Shown in pieces: positions 1 to 10,320 of a DNA stretch of 64,000 bases. The notes under the pieces were generated by a model, which did not search any database, was not told where the DNA came from, and was given only the letters and a program-made list of their open reading frames with translations. A program made the translations under genes and the position numbers. Source of the stretch: Candidatus Obscuribacteraceae bacterium. GTDB lineage: Bacteria > Cyanobacteriota > Vampirovibrionia > Obscuribacterales > Obscuribacteraceae. Numbering within the stretch: the first letter of the stretch is position 1; each line of letters opens with the position of its first letter. The stretch lies in the NCBI GenBank assembly GCA_044226015.1, contig JBGAHS010000002.1, positions 465,571-529,570 on the forward strand, given 5' to 3'.

Positions 1-981
1 TGGTGTGAGCTTCGATTGTGGAATCACTAATGCTGCGCCTTTGCTCACCATATAATTTGCGTTATGGGTCTGATGGTCTGCGGCTGCATACGGATATGGA
101 ATGAACAACGCAGGAGTTCCGGTCACTGCTAACTCGGAAATCGTCATAGCGCCAGCTCGGCAAATAGCCATATCAGAGGAAGCGAACGCAACTGAGAGAT
201 CGTCAAAGTAATCCCGCAAGAAATACCGACTGTTCGAGAGAACAAGAGGATTCAACTGCTCTCTTACTTCATACAGATTCTTGCTGCCAACCTGATGGAT
301 AACTTGAATGGGTGGATCAAGCTCCATGAGTTTCGGCAGTGCAGCTATAACCGCGTCATTAATCGCCTTTGCTCCTTGCGAGCCCCCAGTGATGAGAAGG
401 GTTTTCAGATCGGAGCGCAGCCCAAGTACGGCACACGCAGCATCGCGCTTCATGGGATTCACAAAGCTCTTACCAACAGGATTTCCATTAACCACAATGA
501 GTCCCTTCGAGGGTTTCAGTCGTGTGTAAGCACCCTGCATTCCACATGAAACAAGGCTCGCTGCGCCAGAAAGCAAACGATTTACCAAACCTGGATGTGC
601 ATCGGGCTCATGAATTGCATAAGGAATTCCACAAAGCTTTGCTGCAACAAGCGCGGGCGCAGATGCGTAGCCACCTGTTCCAAGCACCACTGTGGGATTG
701 AAGTCAATCAGCGCTCTGCGTGCATCAAACACAGCACCAATAAATTGAAAAGGCCAGGCGAAAAGACGACCAGAAAACCGCCGCGGCAAGCCAGAAACCT
801 CTATTCCAACGAAGTCTAATTTTCGATCCTGCGCAAGTTTTTCTTCCATATGCCCGCGCGCACCCATATATAGGATGGACTCGACTTCTGGATCGTCACG
901 AAGTTGCTCTGCTACGGCCAGCGCTGGATAAATATGACCACCAGTTCCACCGCCAGTTAACACTACTCTGTGTCGGGGCAT
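1..981 (-). CDS. murG: MurG undecaprenyl-PP-MurNAc-pentapeptide GlcNAc transferase (3' end runs off the window)
   Basis: Manual translation from ATG at 981 gives MPRHRVVLTGGGTGGHIYPALAVAE; GGSQGA motif present; directly downstream of ftsW. Missing from the ORF track because its stop lies outside the window. Confidence 0.95.
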   Translation of the reverse strand, partial: MPRHRVVLTGGGTGGHIYPALAVAEQLRDDPEVESILYMGARGHMEEKLAQDRKLDFVGIEVSGLPRRFSGRLFAWPFQFIGAVFDARRALIDFNPTVVLGTGGYASAPALVAAKLCGIPYAIHEPDAHPGLVNRLLSGAASLVSCGMQGAYTRLKPSKGLIVVNGNPVGKSFVNPMKRDAACAVLGLRSDLKTLLITGGSQGAKAINDAVIAALPKLMELDPPIQVIHQVGSKNLYEVREQLNPLVLSNSRYFLRDYFDDLSVAFASSDMAICRAGAMTISELAVTGTPALFIPYPYAAADHQTHNANYMVSKGAALVIPQSKLTP

Positions 982-983
982 CT

Positions 984-2125
984 TTAGTGCTCCTCAGAGC
1001 TGTCTTCTTCTTCTTCTTCCTGACCCTTATCTCTAGAGATAGATAGAAGAATGCCCACCATAGCTAGAGTGATAACCATAGACGTGCCCCCATAGCTCAA
1101 AAAGGGCAACGTGATACCAGTGACTGGAAGCATTCCTGTGCAAACCATGATGTTTACCAGAGCTTGTAGCGAAATTTGGCTTGTAATGCCAATCGCAAGG
1201 AAGCGACCGAACAATGTGCGAGCATTCAAAGCAATCTGGAAGCCATAATATGCAAACATTCCGAAGAGCGAAAGAATTGTGAGACAACCAAGCAAACCGA
1301 ACTCTTCTGAAATCACCGCAAAAATAAAGTCGGCATGTTGAACAGGCAAATAGAACAGCTTCTGCAAAGAATGGCCGAATCCTTGACCCCAGAGCCCGCC
1401 TGAACCAATGGCAAGCTGTGCTTGAATGATATTCCAGCCTTCTTTCTGTGGATTCAAGTCTGGATTCAGCCAGCTTTGAATTCGCGCCATCTGGTAAGGC
1501 GTCTTTTGTACGTGATGCCAACCCAGCGCACCACCGACACCAATAGCGCTGAGAATTAATAGCGTATTCGTGCCACTGACGAAGAGCATGGAAAGCAAGG
1601 TTCCAAGAATCATCATCGCAGTTCCAAGGTCAGGCTGTTTGACGACAATTCCCGCCATTGCCATTACGAAGATAATGCGAATGAAAACGTTGCGATGCCA
1701 CCAGAAATACTTCGAAACTCCTGACGCCATAAGAATAATGGTGGCAACTTTCGCTAACTCAGATGGCTGGAATTGAATAGGTCCAATAGGAATCCAGCGA
1801 CTTGACCCCATTTGCGTTACAGACAGATGTGGAACGAGGGTAATTGCAAGAAGCACAAGCGCCGCGATAGCCAGCGGCCAAGCAAACTTTTTCAGTTTTC
1901 TGTAGTCATACTTACTGAGCGTGAACATACAGAACAAGCCAATCGCGCAAGCAATAGCCTGCTTCCGCAAATACGCAGTTGAGTCCTGGAAGTTTTGCAG
2001 AGCGTCAGGAGCCGATGCGCTAAATACAGCCATAAGACCAAATCCGCACAATGTAATAACAAGCGTTATCAGCGCGCGGTTAGGTAAGCCACGAAATTCC
2101 TGGCCAATTAGATTGGAAGCATCAC
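984..2125 (-). CDS. ftsW: FtsW SEDS-family peptidoglycan polymerase (start uncertain)
   Basis: QPSELAK, QPDLGT, IGSGGLWGQG, HADFIFAVISEEFG and GITLPFLSYGGTS motifs; lies between murD and murG. The best RBS+GTG/ATG (2125/2122) is one base out of frame (see findings). Confidence 0.93.
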
Positions 2126-2142
2126 GCTTTCTCCCTGAGGGA

Positions 2143-3516
2143 TTAGGGTTTTGCTGCCATTTCGATTCTGGAGCGGACAAGATTTTTGAAGACACGTCCT
2201 CTATCCTCGAAGTCCTTGAACATATCGAAACTTGCACAAGCCGGCGATAAGACGACAGGGCCCTTGTTCAAACTGGATGCGAGGTCGACCGCCTCTTCCA
2301 TTGTTTGAACAAGTTGAACATCGGTAAAATCAGCGTCACTAAGAGCACGATTGAAGCGCTCTTTTGCTTCGCCCAAAAGGATGACTGCGGATGCATGCTC
2401 TTTTATGCTCTGCACCAATTCGTCCAACGGAGTATGTTTATCTTTTCCGCCTGCTATCAAAACGATCTTTTCATTGACAAAAGACTCTAGTGCTTTGATT
2501 GTGGAGTTGGGATTTGTGGCTTTAGAGTCATTGTAGTATTTGACACCGTCTATAGTATCAATATATTCAAGACGATGCTCTAGCCCCGGGAAAGACTGCA
2601 AAGCTTCAACAATCTTCTCCGTTGCAACGTTTAGCACAGCAGCCACAGAGACAGCGGCTAGCGCGTTTTCCAAATTATGCTTGCCGATAATCTTCAATTC
2701 GTCCTTATGACAGAGAATCTGCGTGCGCCCATCAATGCGATAACTAAGGAAGTCGTACTGCATGAATGCGCCTTGAACGGCCGCCTCTAATTGCGTGTCA
2801 ACACTAAACGGAAAAATCTGTGAATTAGGGCTGAAATCAGCAATGATTGGATCATCCTGATTTAGTACAGCATATTGGTTGAATTGTTGTTTGGCAAACA
2901 ATTTCTGTTTGGCTTCTGTGTAAGCTTGAAGATCACCATGCCATTCGATGTGGTCAGGTGTCAAATTAGTCCAAACTGCAACTTTTGGAGAAAGACGATC
3001 GCAATAATGCAGCTGATAAGAACTGATTTCGGTAACCAAATAATCTGGTGACTTTTCCAATTCATCAAGAATTGGCACACCAATGTTTCCGCAGACTAAT
3101 GCTTTGTGACCAGCGACGTTCAGAATGTGAGTCACTAGAGAGGTAGTTGTCGACTTCCCATTTGTACCCGTTATCCCGATAAGAGGAATTGTAGTCTCGC
3201 GAAAAGCTAATTCAACATCGCAGATAATGTCTTTTTGCTTCTCCTGAAGCTCCCGAATGATCTCACTGCCAGGTGATATACCTGGGCTGACCACCACTAG
3301 TTTCGAGAATTCTTTTGCGCGTTCAGAGTGCCCGCCAAACTCAAGCTCAATGCCCTGAGATTTTAGCTTTTCAATTTGCTCGCTCATTTTCGGGCTAGCT
3401 TCAGCGCTTTCCGAAAGCAATACTTTAGCTTTGCGTCTAGCTAGAAATTCTGCAGCTGAAATGCCGCTGCGTCCTAACCCTAAGACTAATACCTTCTCAT
3501 TAGACCAGTCTGTCAA
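2143..3516 (-). CDS. murD: UDP-N-acetylmuramoyl-L-alanine--D-glutamate ligase
   Basis: GLGRSG, ITGTNGKSTT, GLEHRLE, YNDSKATN and LSPACASFDMF motifs; TTG start at 3516 preceded by GGAG. Confidence 0.96.
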   Translation of the reverse strand: MTDWSNEKVLVLGLGRSGISAAEFLARRKAKVLLSESAEASPKMSEQIEKLKSQGIELEFGGHSERAKEFSKLVVVSPGISPGSEIIRELQEKQKDIICDVELAFRETTIPLIGITGTNGKSTTTSLVTHILNVAGHKALVCGNIGVPILDELEKSPDYLVTEISSYQLHYCDRLSPKVAVWTNLTPDHIEWHGDLQAYTEAKQKLFAKQQFNQYAVLNQDDPIIADFSPNSQIFPFSVDTQLEAAVQGAFMQYDFLSYRIDGRTQILCHKDELKIIGKHNLENALAAVSVAAVLNVATEKIVEALQSFPGLEHRLEYIDTIDGVKYYNDSKATNPNSTIKALESFVNEKIVLIAGGKDKHTPLDELVQSIKEHASAVILLGEAKERFNRALSDADFTDVQLVQTMEEAVDLASSLNKGPVVLSPACASFDMFKDFEDRGRVFKNLVRSRIEMAAKP

Positions 3517-3778
3517 GCTCGTCTCCAGTGCAATGATGATCGTCCGCAAGTATTCTAACAAAGTGCTTTGAAAGCGGGCGTGTTCTAAGAAAAGCTTGAT
3601 ACGAGCGGATTAGAGTCGCCCGCTTCGATATCGCGCAGACATACAATAAGCGCCCTTTCTGAGAAACGCTTAACAGAGGATTCAAATACACACATTGTCA
3701 TGAATTAAACGGAGCTAAGATTTAGCTTCAAATACAGATGAAAATTATTTTCAGCTTGGTGGTCGTTTCCATGGTCCT

Positions 3779-3928
3779 CGGTTTTTCTTACCCAAATTGA
3801 AGACTCGACCGGTACCGATGTAGTTCTCCGGTTTTTCTTACGCCAATTCAAAACTCGACCGGTACCGATGTAGTTCTCCGGTTTTTCTTACCCAAATTCA
3901 AAAACTCGACCGGTACCGATGTAGTTCT
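3779..3928. repeat. 3 tandem copies (50-51 bp period) of the CGGTACCG-core palindromic repeat
   Basis: ACTCGACCGGTACCGATGTAGTTCT repeated; cores at 3810, 3860 and 3911. Confidence 0.95.
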
Positions 3929-3942
3929 AGCGCAGAGCCACC

Positions 3943-3974
3943 AAAGAAAAACCGCCAGAGAAATCTCTGGCGGT
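3943..3974 (-). terminator. Intrinsic terminator of the TPR gene
   Basis: ACCGCCAGAG-AAAT-CTCTGGCGGT hairpin followed by a U-tract on the minus strand. Confidence 0.85.
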
Positions 3975-3996
3975 CGATAAAGTGCAATCCTGACGA

Positions 3997-5877
3997 TTAA
4001 TGACCTGATTTTCTAGCTTTCTCGTCAATCTTGAAAGCTTTCTCCTCGTTCCTCGCAATCCGCTTATTGAGCTTCTCGATTTCCTTTGGAGGCAAATTCG
4101 GAGTCAGTGCCATATAAGCCTTGATTTGAGCGTTTGCTTCACGCAAATCTTTGCTCTGAACTGGAGACAATCGCTCTAGTGTATCCGCCACACCAATTCG
4201 AGCATCAGCGTTGCGTGGATTTCCGTAAATCGCAGCATGGTATTTATCGATTGCACTGGCTAGTTGTTTGCGTTTAGCAAGGTCACTTGCTAGCGTCAAA
4301 TCCTGTCTTGCTGTTTCACGAGCCTTCTTCACTTGATCAAGACCGCGCTTGGCACGCTCTTCTCCACCGGGGAAAGAAGAAGCCTTTTTGTAAGCAGCTT
4401 CAGCATTGTCCAAATCTTTGATCATCAAAGCGAGATCGCCAACTGCAAAGGTCTGCTTAGAATCAGGAGCCGAAGTAATTACCTGACTCATCAGCTGCTG
4501 CGATTCCTGAAACTTATCCTGTGCAAGAAGGGCTTCAGCATATGCCATGCGCTCGCCATCCGTTCTCGGTGGTGGAATTGTTTTGAGATCAACTTGTTCA
4601 CCGGACATCATGCGAATTTTAGCCATTGCTAGTCTCAACTCCATATCGTTTGGGTTGAGATCAATCGCCTTTTGCAGCCTAGCTTTGGCTGTTTCGTAGT
4701 CATTAGATGCAAAGAATGCACCACCACTTTCCTTCTGCGACTTCAAGAAATACGCGCGGGTGACACCTTTTGCAGCTGCTGCGTTGCCAGGATTAACTGA
4801 CATCACTTTCTCATACTCTTTGATTGCATCATCGAGTTTCTCAAGCTGCAAACTTTCATCAGCGATTCGCATATGCAAATCTTGATTGTCTGGCATTAAC
4901 TCAAGCGCGCCACGCAATTCGGAGATCGAGAGTTCAAGGTCGCCACGACCTTCTCTAATATCCGAGATATGCAAATACACTTCTGGATTCTCAGGCTTGA
5001 TCAATGTCGCTTTGTGATATTCACTGATGGCAGCATTCAAATTGTTTTGTGCCTGGTAGCATTCACCCATGGCCTGATGCGCAGGATAGCTGTTCGGATT
5101 CTGGTAGAGAGCTGTGTTCAGTTCTTTAATAGCAGCATCTACATTTCCCATTTTCAAGAAAGTCTTGCCCAGACCATAGTGAGCAGTTGAATTACCCGAA
5201 TTGAATTGAATTGCTTGCTTGAATGCGCCTTCTGCTTCTCCCAAACTATTTTGCGAGAGCTTCAACATTCCAAGCCCAGCATAAGCTTCCGAGTATTTGG
5301 GATCGCTTTTGATAGCTTCCTGATACTCCTTAGCTGATTCATCAGTGCGTCCTTGTTCTCTAAGTGACTGAGCTAATTGATAATGCGCTTCAGGAGAGTA
5401 TGGATCCTTTTGCAATGCCATACGACACTCATTCTCAGCCTGTTTCAGCATTGACTCACGTTGCTGACGAATAGTCATATTCGACGAACTGAGCCTATTC
5501 ATGAGAACAAGCGCTTTACCAGCATGAGCAACAGCATTAGTTGGATCAAGCTCAATTGCCTTGTTGAACTGTTCTTCAGCGGCATCTAACTTATATTGTT
5601 TTCCAAGTGCCATGCCGTAACCTGCGATTGCTGCAGGGTTTTTAGTATCACGATTCATGACAGTATGGTATGCATCTGCTGCCTTAGCCCAGTCACCTTT
5701 TGAAAGCATTTCATCGGCTTCAACCAGGTCTTTGGAAACTTTGCCTTTTAGCTTAGTCTTCTCTGCAAGCTGGATATGATCAGTAGCAGATGCCCCCTGA
5801 AAAATCCCAATGCCGAGACTCAGTGCAACGATTACTACCGGTACAAGGCGCTCTTTGCGACTAAATCTTGCTCTCAT
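3997..5877 (-). CDS. Exported tetratricopeptide-repeat protein
   Basis: N-terminal hydrophobic signal and many TPR units (e.g. EAHYQLAQSL...DPKYSEAYAGLG). Confidence 0.9.
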   Translation of the reverse strand: MRARFSRKERLVPVVIVALSLGIGIFQGASATDHIQLAEKTKLKGKVSKDLVEADEMLSKGDWAKAADAYHTVMNRDTKNPAAIAGYGMALGKQYKLDAAEEQFNKAIELDPTNAVAHAGKALVLMNRLSSSNMTIRQQRESMLKQAENECRMALQKDPYSPEAHYQLAQSLREQGRTDESAKEYQEAIKSDPKYSEAYAGLGMLKLSQNSLGEAEGAFKQAIQFNSGNSTAHYGLGKTFLKMGNVDAAIKELNTALYQNPNSYPAHQAMGECYQAQNNLNAAISEYHKATLIKPENPEVYLHISDIREGRGDLELSISELRGALELMPDNQDLHMRIADESLQLEKLDDAIKEYEKVMSVNPGNAAAAKGVTRAYFLKSQKESGGAFFASNDYETAKARLQKAIDLNPNDMELRLAMAKIRMMSGEQVDLKTIPPPRTDGERMAYAEALLAQDKFQESQQLMSQVITSAPDSKQTFAVGDLALMIKDLDNAEAAYKKASSFPGGEERAKRGLDQVKKARETARQDLTLASDLAKRKQLASAIDKYHAAIYGNPRNADARIGVADTLERLSPVQSKDLREANAQIKAYMALTPNLPPKEIEKLNKRIARNEEKAFKIDEKARKSGH

Positions 5878-6314
5878 AACGCTCCTTATTGAATGCCCGA
5901 GTTATTCCCGTCCATGTTATGTTCTTTGATTCCCTGTCACCTTAACCGGTAGCATTGTTTAATACTCAACTTAACAAGAGCAGAATCTTCTACCGCTAAT
6001 AGCAAGGACCAACTGGCAACACCAACTGCTCCAAACACTGAGCAACTCGACAGTCCAGACGCGACGAGACCAGCAGCAGAGCCAACAAACGCGAAGTAAA
6101 GCAAGCGAAACAAGAGAAATCAAGTTGCCAGAGTAGAAACGTCGCACTCTTTCCTTCTATATAATTGAACGCGGCCGAATCAAAGATTCAAAATTTGTTT
6201 TCGAGTCATACATATATAGATGGTTAGATTGATAGATTGAAGCTGTCGATCAACCTAGAAGATCCGAGCCAAAGAAGAGCGGAAATCGCTGGCAAGCGCT
6301 TAAATGGAGGCAAG

Positions 6315-7070
6315 ATGTCTGGACATTCTAAGTGGGCAAACATCAAAAGACACAAGGCAGTCGTCGACGCGAAAAAGGGCGCAGTTTACGCCAAAATGGC
6401 ACGAGAAATAATTGTCGCCGCAAAAATGGGCGGAGCTGACCCCGCAGGAAACTTCAGATTGCGGACGGCAATAGAGAAAGCACGTGCAGAAGGCGTTCCC
6501 AACGACAATATCCAGCGTGCCATCGAAAAAGGTGCAGGCGGTGGTGGCGCAGATTCTATAGAAGAGTTGACCTATGAAGGCTATGGACCTGGTGGAGTCG
6601 CGGTATTAGTGCGCTGCGCCACAGACAATCGCAATCGAACCGCAGGCGATATTCGCAGCTACTTTTCAAAATGCGGTGGCAATATGGGTGAAACTGGGTG
6701 TGTCTCCTGGATGTTCAAGGAACAAGGCGAAGTATTCATCAATCGCCCAGTCAAAACATCGGATGATGACTTAATGCTGCTCGCCATCGATCTTGGAGCC
6801 GAGGACATTGATACCAATTCAGAAGAGTACATAAGGATTGTCTGCGATTCAGCCTCACTTGAAGGTCTACGCGAAGGGCTTTCAAAAGCAGGTATCAAGC
6901 CAGAATCATCAGAAGTTGTAATGACGCCGTCTTCATCCATCGAGATTCAGGATAAGGAACAAGCGAAGCAACTGATCAAGATGCTAGATCTGATTGAAAA
7001 CCACGATGACGTACAACAAGTGCACGCAAATTTCGAAATGGATAACGCCTGGCTCGAAGAACTGGTGTAG
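6315..7070 (+). CDS. yebC: YebC/PmpR family protein
   Basis: MSGHSKWANIK start, YEGYGPGGVA and TDNRNRT motifs; GGAGG RBS. Confidence 0.95.
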   Translation: MSGHSKWANIKRHKAVVDAKKGAVYAKMAREIIVAAKMGGADPAGNFRLRTAIEKARAEGVPNDNIQRAIEKGAGGGGADSIEELTYEGYGPGGVAVLVRCATDNRNRTAGDIRSYFSKCGGNMGETGCVSWMFKEQGEVFINRPVKTSDDDLMLLAIDLGAEDIDTNSEEYIRIVCDSASLEGLREGLSKAGIKPESSEVVMTPSSSIEIQDKEQAKQLIKMLDLIENHDDVQQVHANFEMDNAWLEELV

Positions 7071-7805
7071 CGACGACTTTTATAGAGGCTTTCCAAACAG
7101 CACAAGCTATTCAAAGAACTGATTCAGAATGAGCTTTGCTGCCTATTGCGACGAAAAAATTATAAGTGCGTGCACTGCTGATGGCGCTTGCGAAGCCGTT
7201 TTTCCTTTCAACGAATAATGCCCTTTACACAAAAATTTCCTTTCCATCGCATTCTTTTTTTGCGCAGCAAACAGAGTTTTTTCTTGGGGCTAGACATAGA
7301 CAAGATCTTAAACTCGTCACGAAAATCACAATGTTTTGCAAACGAAAGTTACAAGCAAAGAGATCTCCCTGTTGGCATCACGGGTGTATATACAATAGCC
7401 TTGCTGATAGCGGCATTCGGGCAATCAAGTGGAGATCTAGTACAGAGAATTTTGCAGAATTAGGACGCTTTTTATCTAGCTTTTACAAGTTGTTACAAAC
7501 TGCGAGCCAAGAGGTTTATAGACAACTCTATGAGTTTCAGCTTAATTCTGCCCGCATCCATCCAGTCGATGATTTTCGCGATTCTTGACTTCGGTCACTT
7601 GGCGGATCCGCAGTGTCAACCTCTTGACCATGAACTTCCTCTAAGAAAGGGCGTATCGCCGGCACACGGGAAAATTTCCGAGTTGTCAGAAGATCTTTGA
7701 CTCCGACTGAGCTTCTCTGATAACTTTTCGCCTGCTTCGAAATTGCCAACACCAGTCGCGAGTTCATAGATTCTCTCCCGCGACGTACAACTCAGAAAGG
7801 TTGAT

Positions 7806-8642
7806 ATGGGTTCAACAATGAGAGCAAAACCAAATGGATGCCTCCGTTCGCTAGCAATAGCGTTTGCATCTTCCCTGGCTATTTCACTGCTCAGCAGTGC
7901 TGCCTATGCTAGAGACATAGCACCGGAAGTAGTATCACGGGTATGGCTGGAAGGTGACAAACAAGTCGCAGCCGTGCTCTTAAACGGAGACGAAATCGCC
8001 AGATTCAAATCAGATGAAGCTGATGACGACGATGCAGCAGAAGAAGCTGAAGACCTTGCGGTGAAGCTTCAAGAATTGATCAGCGACAAAAAGTTTGACG
8101 CAAATTTGCTCGTGCCTTCAAAGGACAGCGATAAGGCTATCATCAAGCACGATGGAAACATCGTCTGCTCGTTCGACCCATACGCTGGCCAAGATGACAA
8201 ACCAGAGGACGACAAGAAAGTCGAGACCCAAGTTTTTACAGCAAGCAACAAAGTCGTCAACGCGTTGCGCCTGGCTTTCGGTGTCCCTGCTCTTAGTGGA
8301 ACAGCTACCGACATAGCAGAAAAAATTGGACAGAGGCTTGAAGCACTTGGACAATCGTTTTCTGGAGCAGCTTCCTGGTACGGCGGACGCTTCAACGGCA
8401 GAAAATGCTCTGATGGCACTCGCTTCGATCAAGAGAGACTCACAGCTGCTCACAGAAGCCTGCCATTTGGAACTAAAATTCTTGTCAAAAATCGCAAGAC
8501 CGGTGATACATGTATCGTTGAAGTCAACGACCGTGGACCGTTTATCGATGGACGCGTAATCGATGTTTCAAAAGCTGCCGCAAGAGAGCTGAACATGTTG
8601 AGCTCCGGAATTGCGATGGTCGACTGCACAATCCTGCAATAG
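7806..8642 (+). CDS. rlpA: RlpA-like septal lytic transglycosylase (DPBB domain) with signal peptide and acidic N-terminal domain
   Basis: ASWYG, LTAAHRSLPFGT and VNDRGPF..GRVIDVSKAAA motifs. Confidence 0.88.
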   Translation: MGSTMRAKPNGCLRSLAIAFASSLAISLLSSAAYARDIAPEVVSRVWLEGDKQVAAVLLNGDEIARFKSDEADDDDAAEEAEDLAVKLQELISDKKFDANLLVPSKDSDKAIIKHDGNIVCSFDPYAGQDDKPEDDKKVETQVFTASNKVVNALRLAFGVPALSGTATDIAEKIGQRLEALGQSFSGAASWYGGRFNGRKCSDGTRFDQERLTAAHRSLPFGTKILVKNRKTGDTCIVEVNDRGPFIDGRVIDVSKAAARELNMLSSGIAMVDCTILQ

Positions 8643-8794
8643 TGATTTACAGAGCACAAATAGCTCGTACTGGGGTTTTCCCAGCAGAGAGATTTTGTTC
8701 TGAACTCTTCAATCTACACAAATCGCATTAGTAGCGCCTCATAAAGAGCATATCTGTTAGAATGCTCGCAGTTAGCGATTGGGGTTGTCATTTT

Positions 8795-10249
8795 ATGACA
8801 GCAAAGCCACGAGTACGAATAGCACCAAGTCCCACCGGAGCATTGCACCTTGGGACAGCTCGTACAGCGCTCTACAATTTTCTTTTCGCTCGCCATCATC
8901 GAGGTGAGTTCATACTTCGCCTGGAAGATACTGATGAAGAGCGTTCAAAAGAAGTACACACCCACGACATCCTCGAAAATTTGAAGTGGCTTGGTATCCA
9001 CTGGGATGAAGGTCCAGATATCGGAGGACCCTATCCACCTTACAGACAAACTGAAAAGACCGATCATTACGAGCAAATCGCACACAAACTGATTTCGCAA
9101 GGCAAGGCTTATTTCTGCTACGCAAGCCCTGAGGAATTAGATGCTCTGCGCGAGGAACAAAAATCTAAAGGACTCGCTCCACGTTACGATAACCGCGGGC
9201 GATACCACACAAAAGAAGAAATTGAAAAATTCACCGCTGAAGGACGTATACCAGTGATCCGCTTCAAGGTGGAAGACGACCGTGTGGTCAGCTGGAAAGA
9301 TGCGATCAAAGGCGAAATTCAAATCCACACCGATGATATCGGTGGAGATATGGTCATAGTAAAATCAAGCGGCATCGCAATCTATAATTTCGCAGTTGTA
9401 GTGGATGACGTGGACATGAAGATGACCCATGTCATTCGTGGTGAAGATCACATCCACAACACAGCTAAGCAGATTTTGCTCTACGAAGCTCTCGGATACG
9501 AGAAACCGATATTCGCTCATGTACCTTTGATATTCGATATGGACCGTCAAAAACTCTCCAAGCGCAAGCATGGGGAAGCGGTGCATATCAGCAAGTACCG
9601 CAAAGACGGATACATGCCTGAAGCAATCATGAATTATCTGGCGCAGATGAGCTGGTCTCCGGCTGAAGGCAAAGAGATCTTCTCTGTCGGCGAAGCATGC
9701 GAGATGTTCGATTTGGCTAAAGTCAGCACGCATCCGGCTGTATTCGACTTCAAAAAACTCGATTGGTTCAACGAGCATTACATCCGGAGTCTACCGCTCG
9801 ACGAGATAACAAATCGCGCGCTTCCATTCCTTTCAGAACACGATTACATGCAATATCCAGAAACGGAATTGGAATCAATCGTGGGGCTTGTCAGAGATGG
9901 ACTCACTTCTCTCAGTCAAATTAGCCAGGCTGCGGCATTCTTTTTTGCCGATGAAATCAAGATCTCAGATGAACTCAGCAACGGACTGATGAAAGAAGAC
10001 AAATCAAAGAAGGTACTAGGCAGGGTTCAGGAACTCATTCACAAGTTTCCCTGGGGTGATGCAAAAGGCTGTAAAGCCTCAATTGACGCCATCGGTAAAG
10101 AACTTGGTTTGAAAGGAAAGGACCTGTACTGGCCCGTACGCGCCGCATTATGCGGTAACACCTCCGGACCAGACCTGGGTGCAACTCTTTCCATTCTCGG
10201 CGAAAAGAGAGTCAAACAGCGTATAGAGCGACTGCTTCAGCCGTGTTGA
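8795..10249 (+). CDS. gltX: Glutamate--tRNA ligase
   Basis: RIAPSPTGALHLG, LRLEDTD, HVIRGEDH and KLSKR motifs. Confidence 0.97.
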   Translation: MTAKPRVRIAPSPTGALHLGTARTALYNFLFARHHRGEFILRLEDTDEERSKEVHTHDILENLKWLGIHWDEGPDIGGPYPPYRQTEKTDHYEQIAHKLISQGKAYFCYASPEELDALREEQKSKGLAPRYDNRGRYHTKEEIEKFTAEGRIPVIRFKVEDDRVVSWKDAIKGEIQIHTDDIGGDMVIVKSSGIAIYNFAVVVDDVDMKMTHVIRGEDHIHNTAKQILLYEALGYEKPIFAHVPLIFDMDRQKLSKRKHGEAVHISKYRKDGYMPEAIMNYLAQMSWSPAEGKEIFSVGEACEMFDLAKVSTHPAVFDFKKLDWFNEHYIRSLPLDEITNRALPFLSEHDYMQYPETELESIVGLVRDGLTSLSQISQAAAFFFADEIKISDELSNGLMKEDKSKKVLGRVQELIHKFPWGDAKGCKASIDAIGKELGLKGKDLYWPVRAALCGNTSGPDLGATLSILGEKRVKQRIERLLQPC

Positions 10250-10320
10250 AGCCTCGTTTTTGCAGCACTGAAACGCAGTGCTAGTCGTAATACATATTTG
10301 AACTGTTAGGAGAAAGTCTT

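Noticed and set aside
7070..7805. Known riboswitch (c-di-AMP or c-di-GMP), or coding ORFs 7166-7588 and 7188-7463
   Set aside because: Consensus motifs not found; the ORFs lack RBSs and recognisable features.
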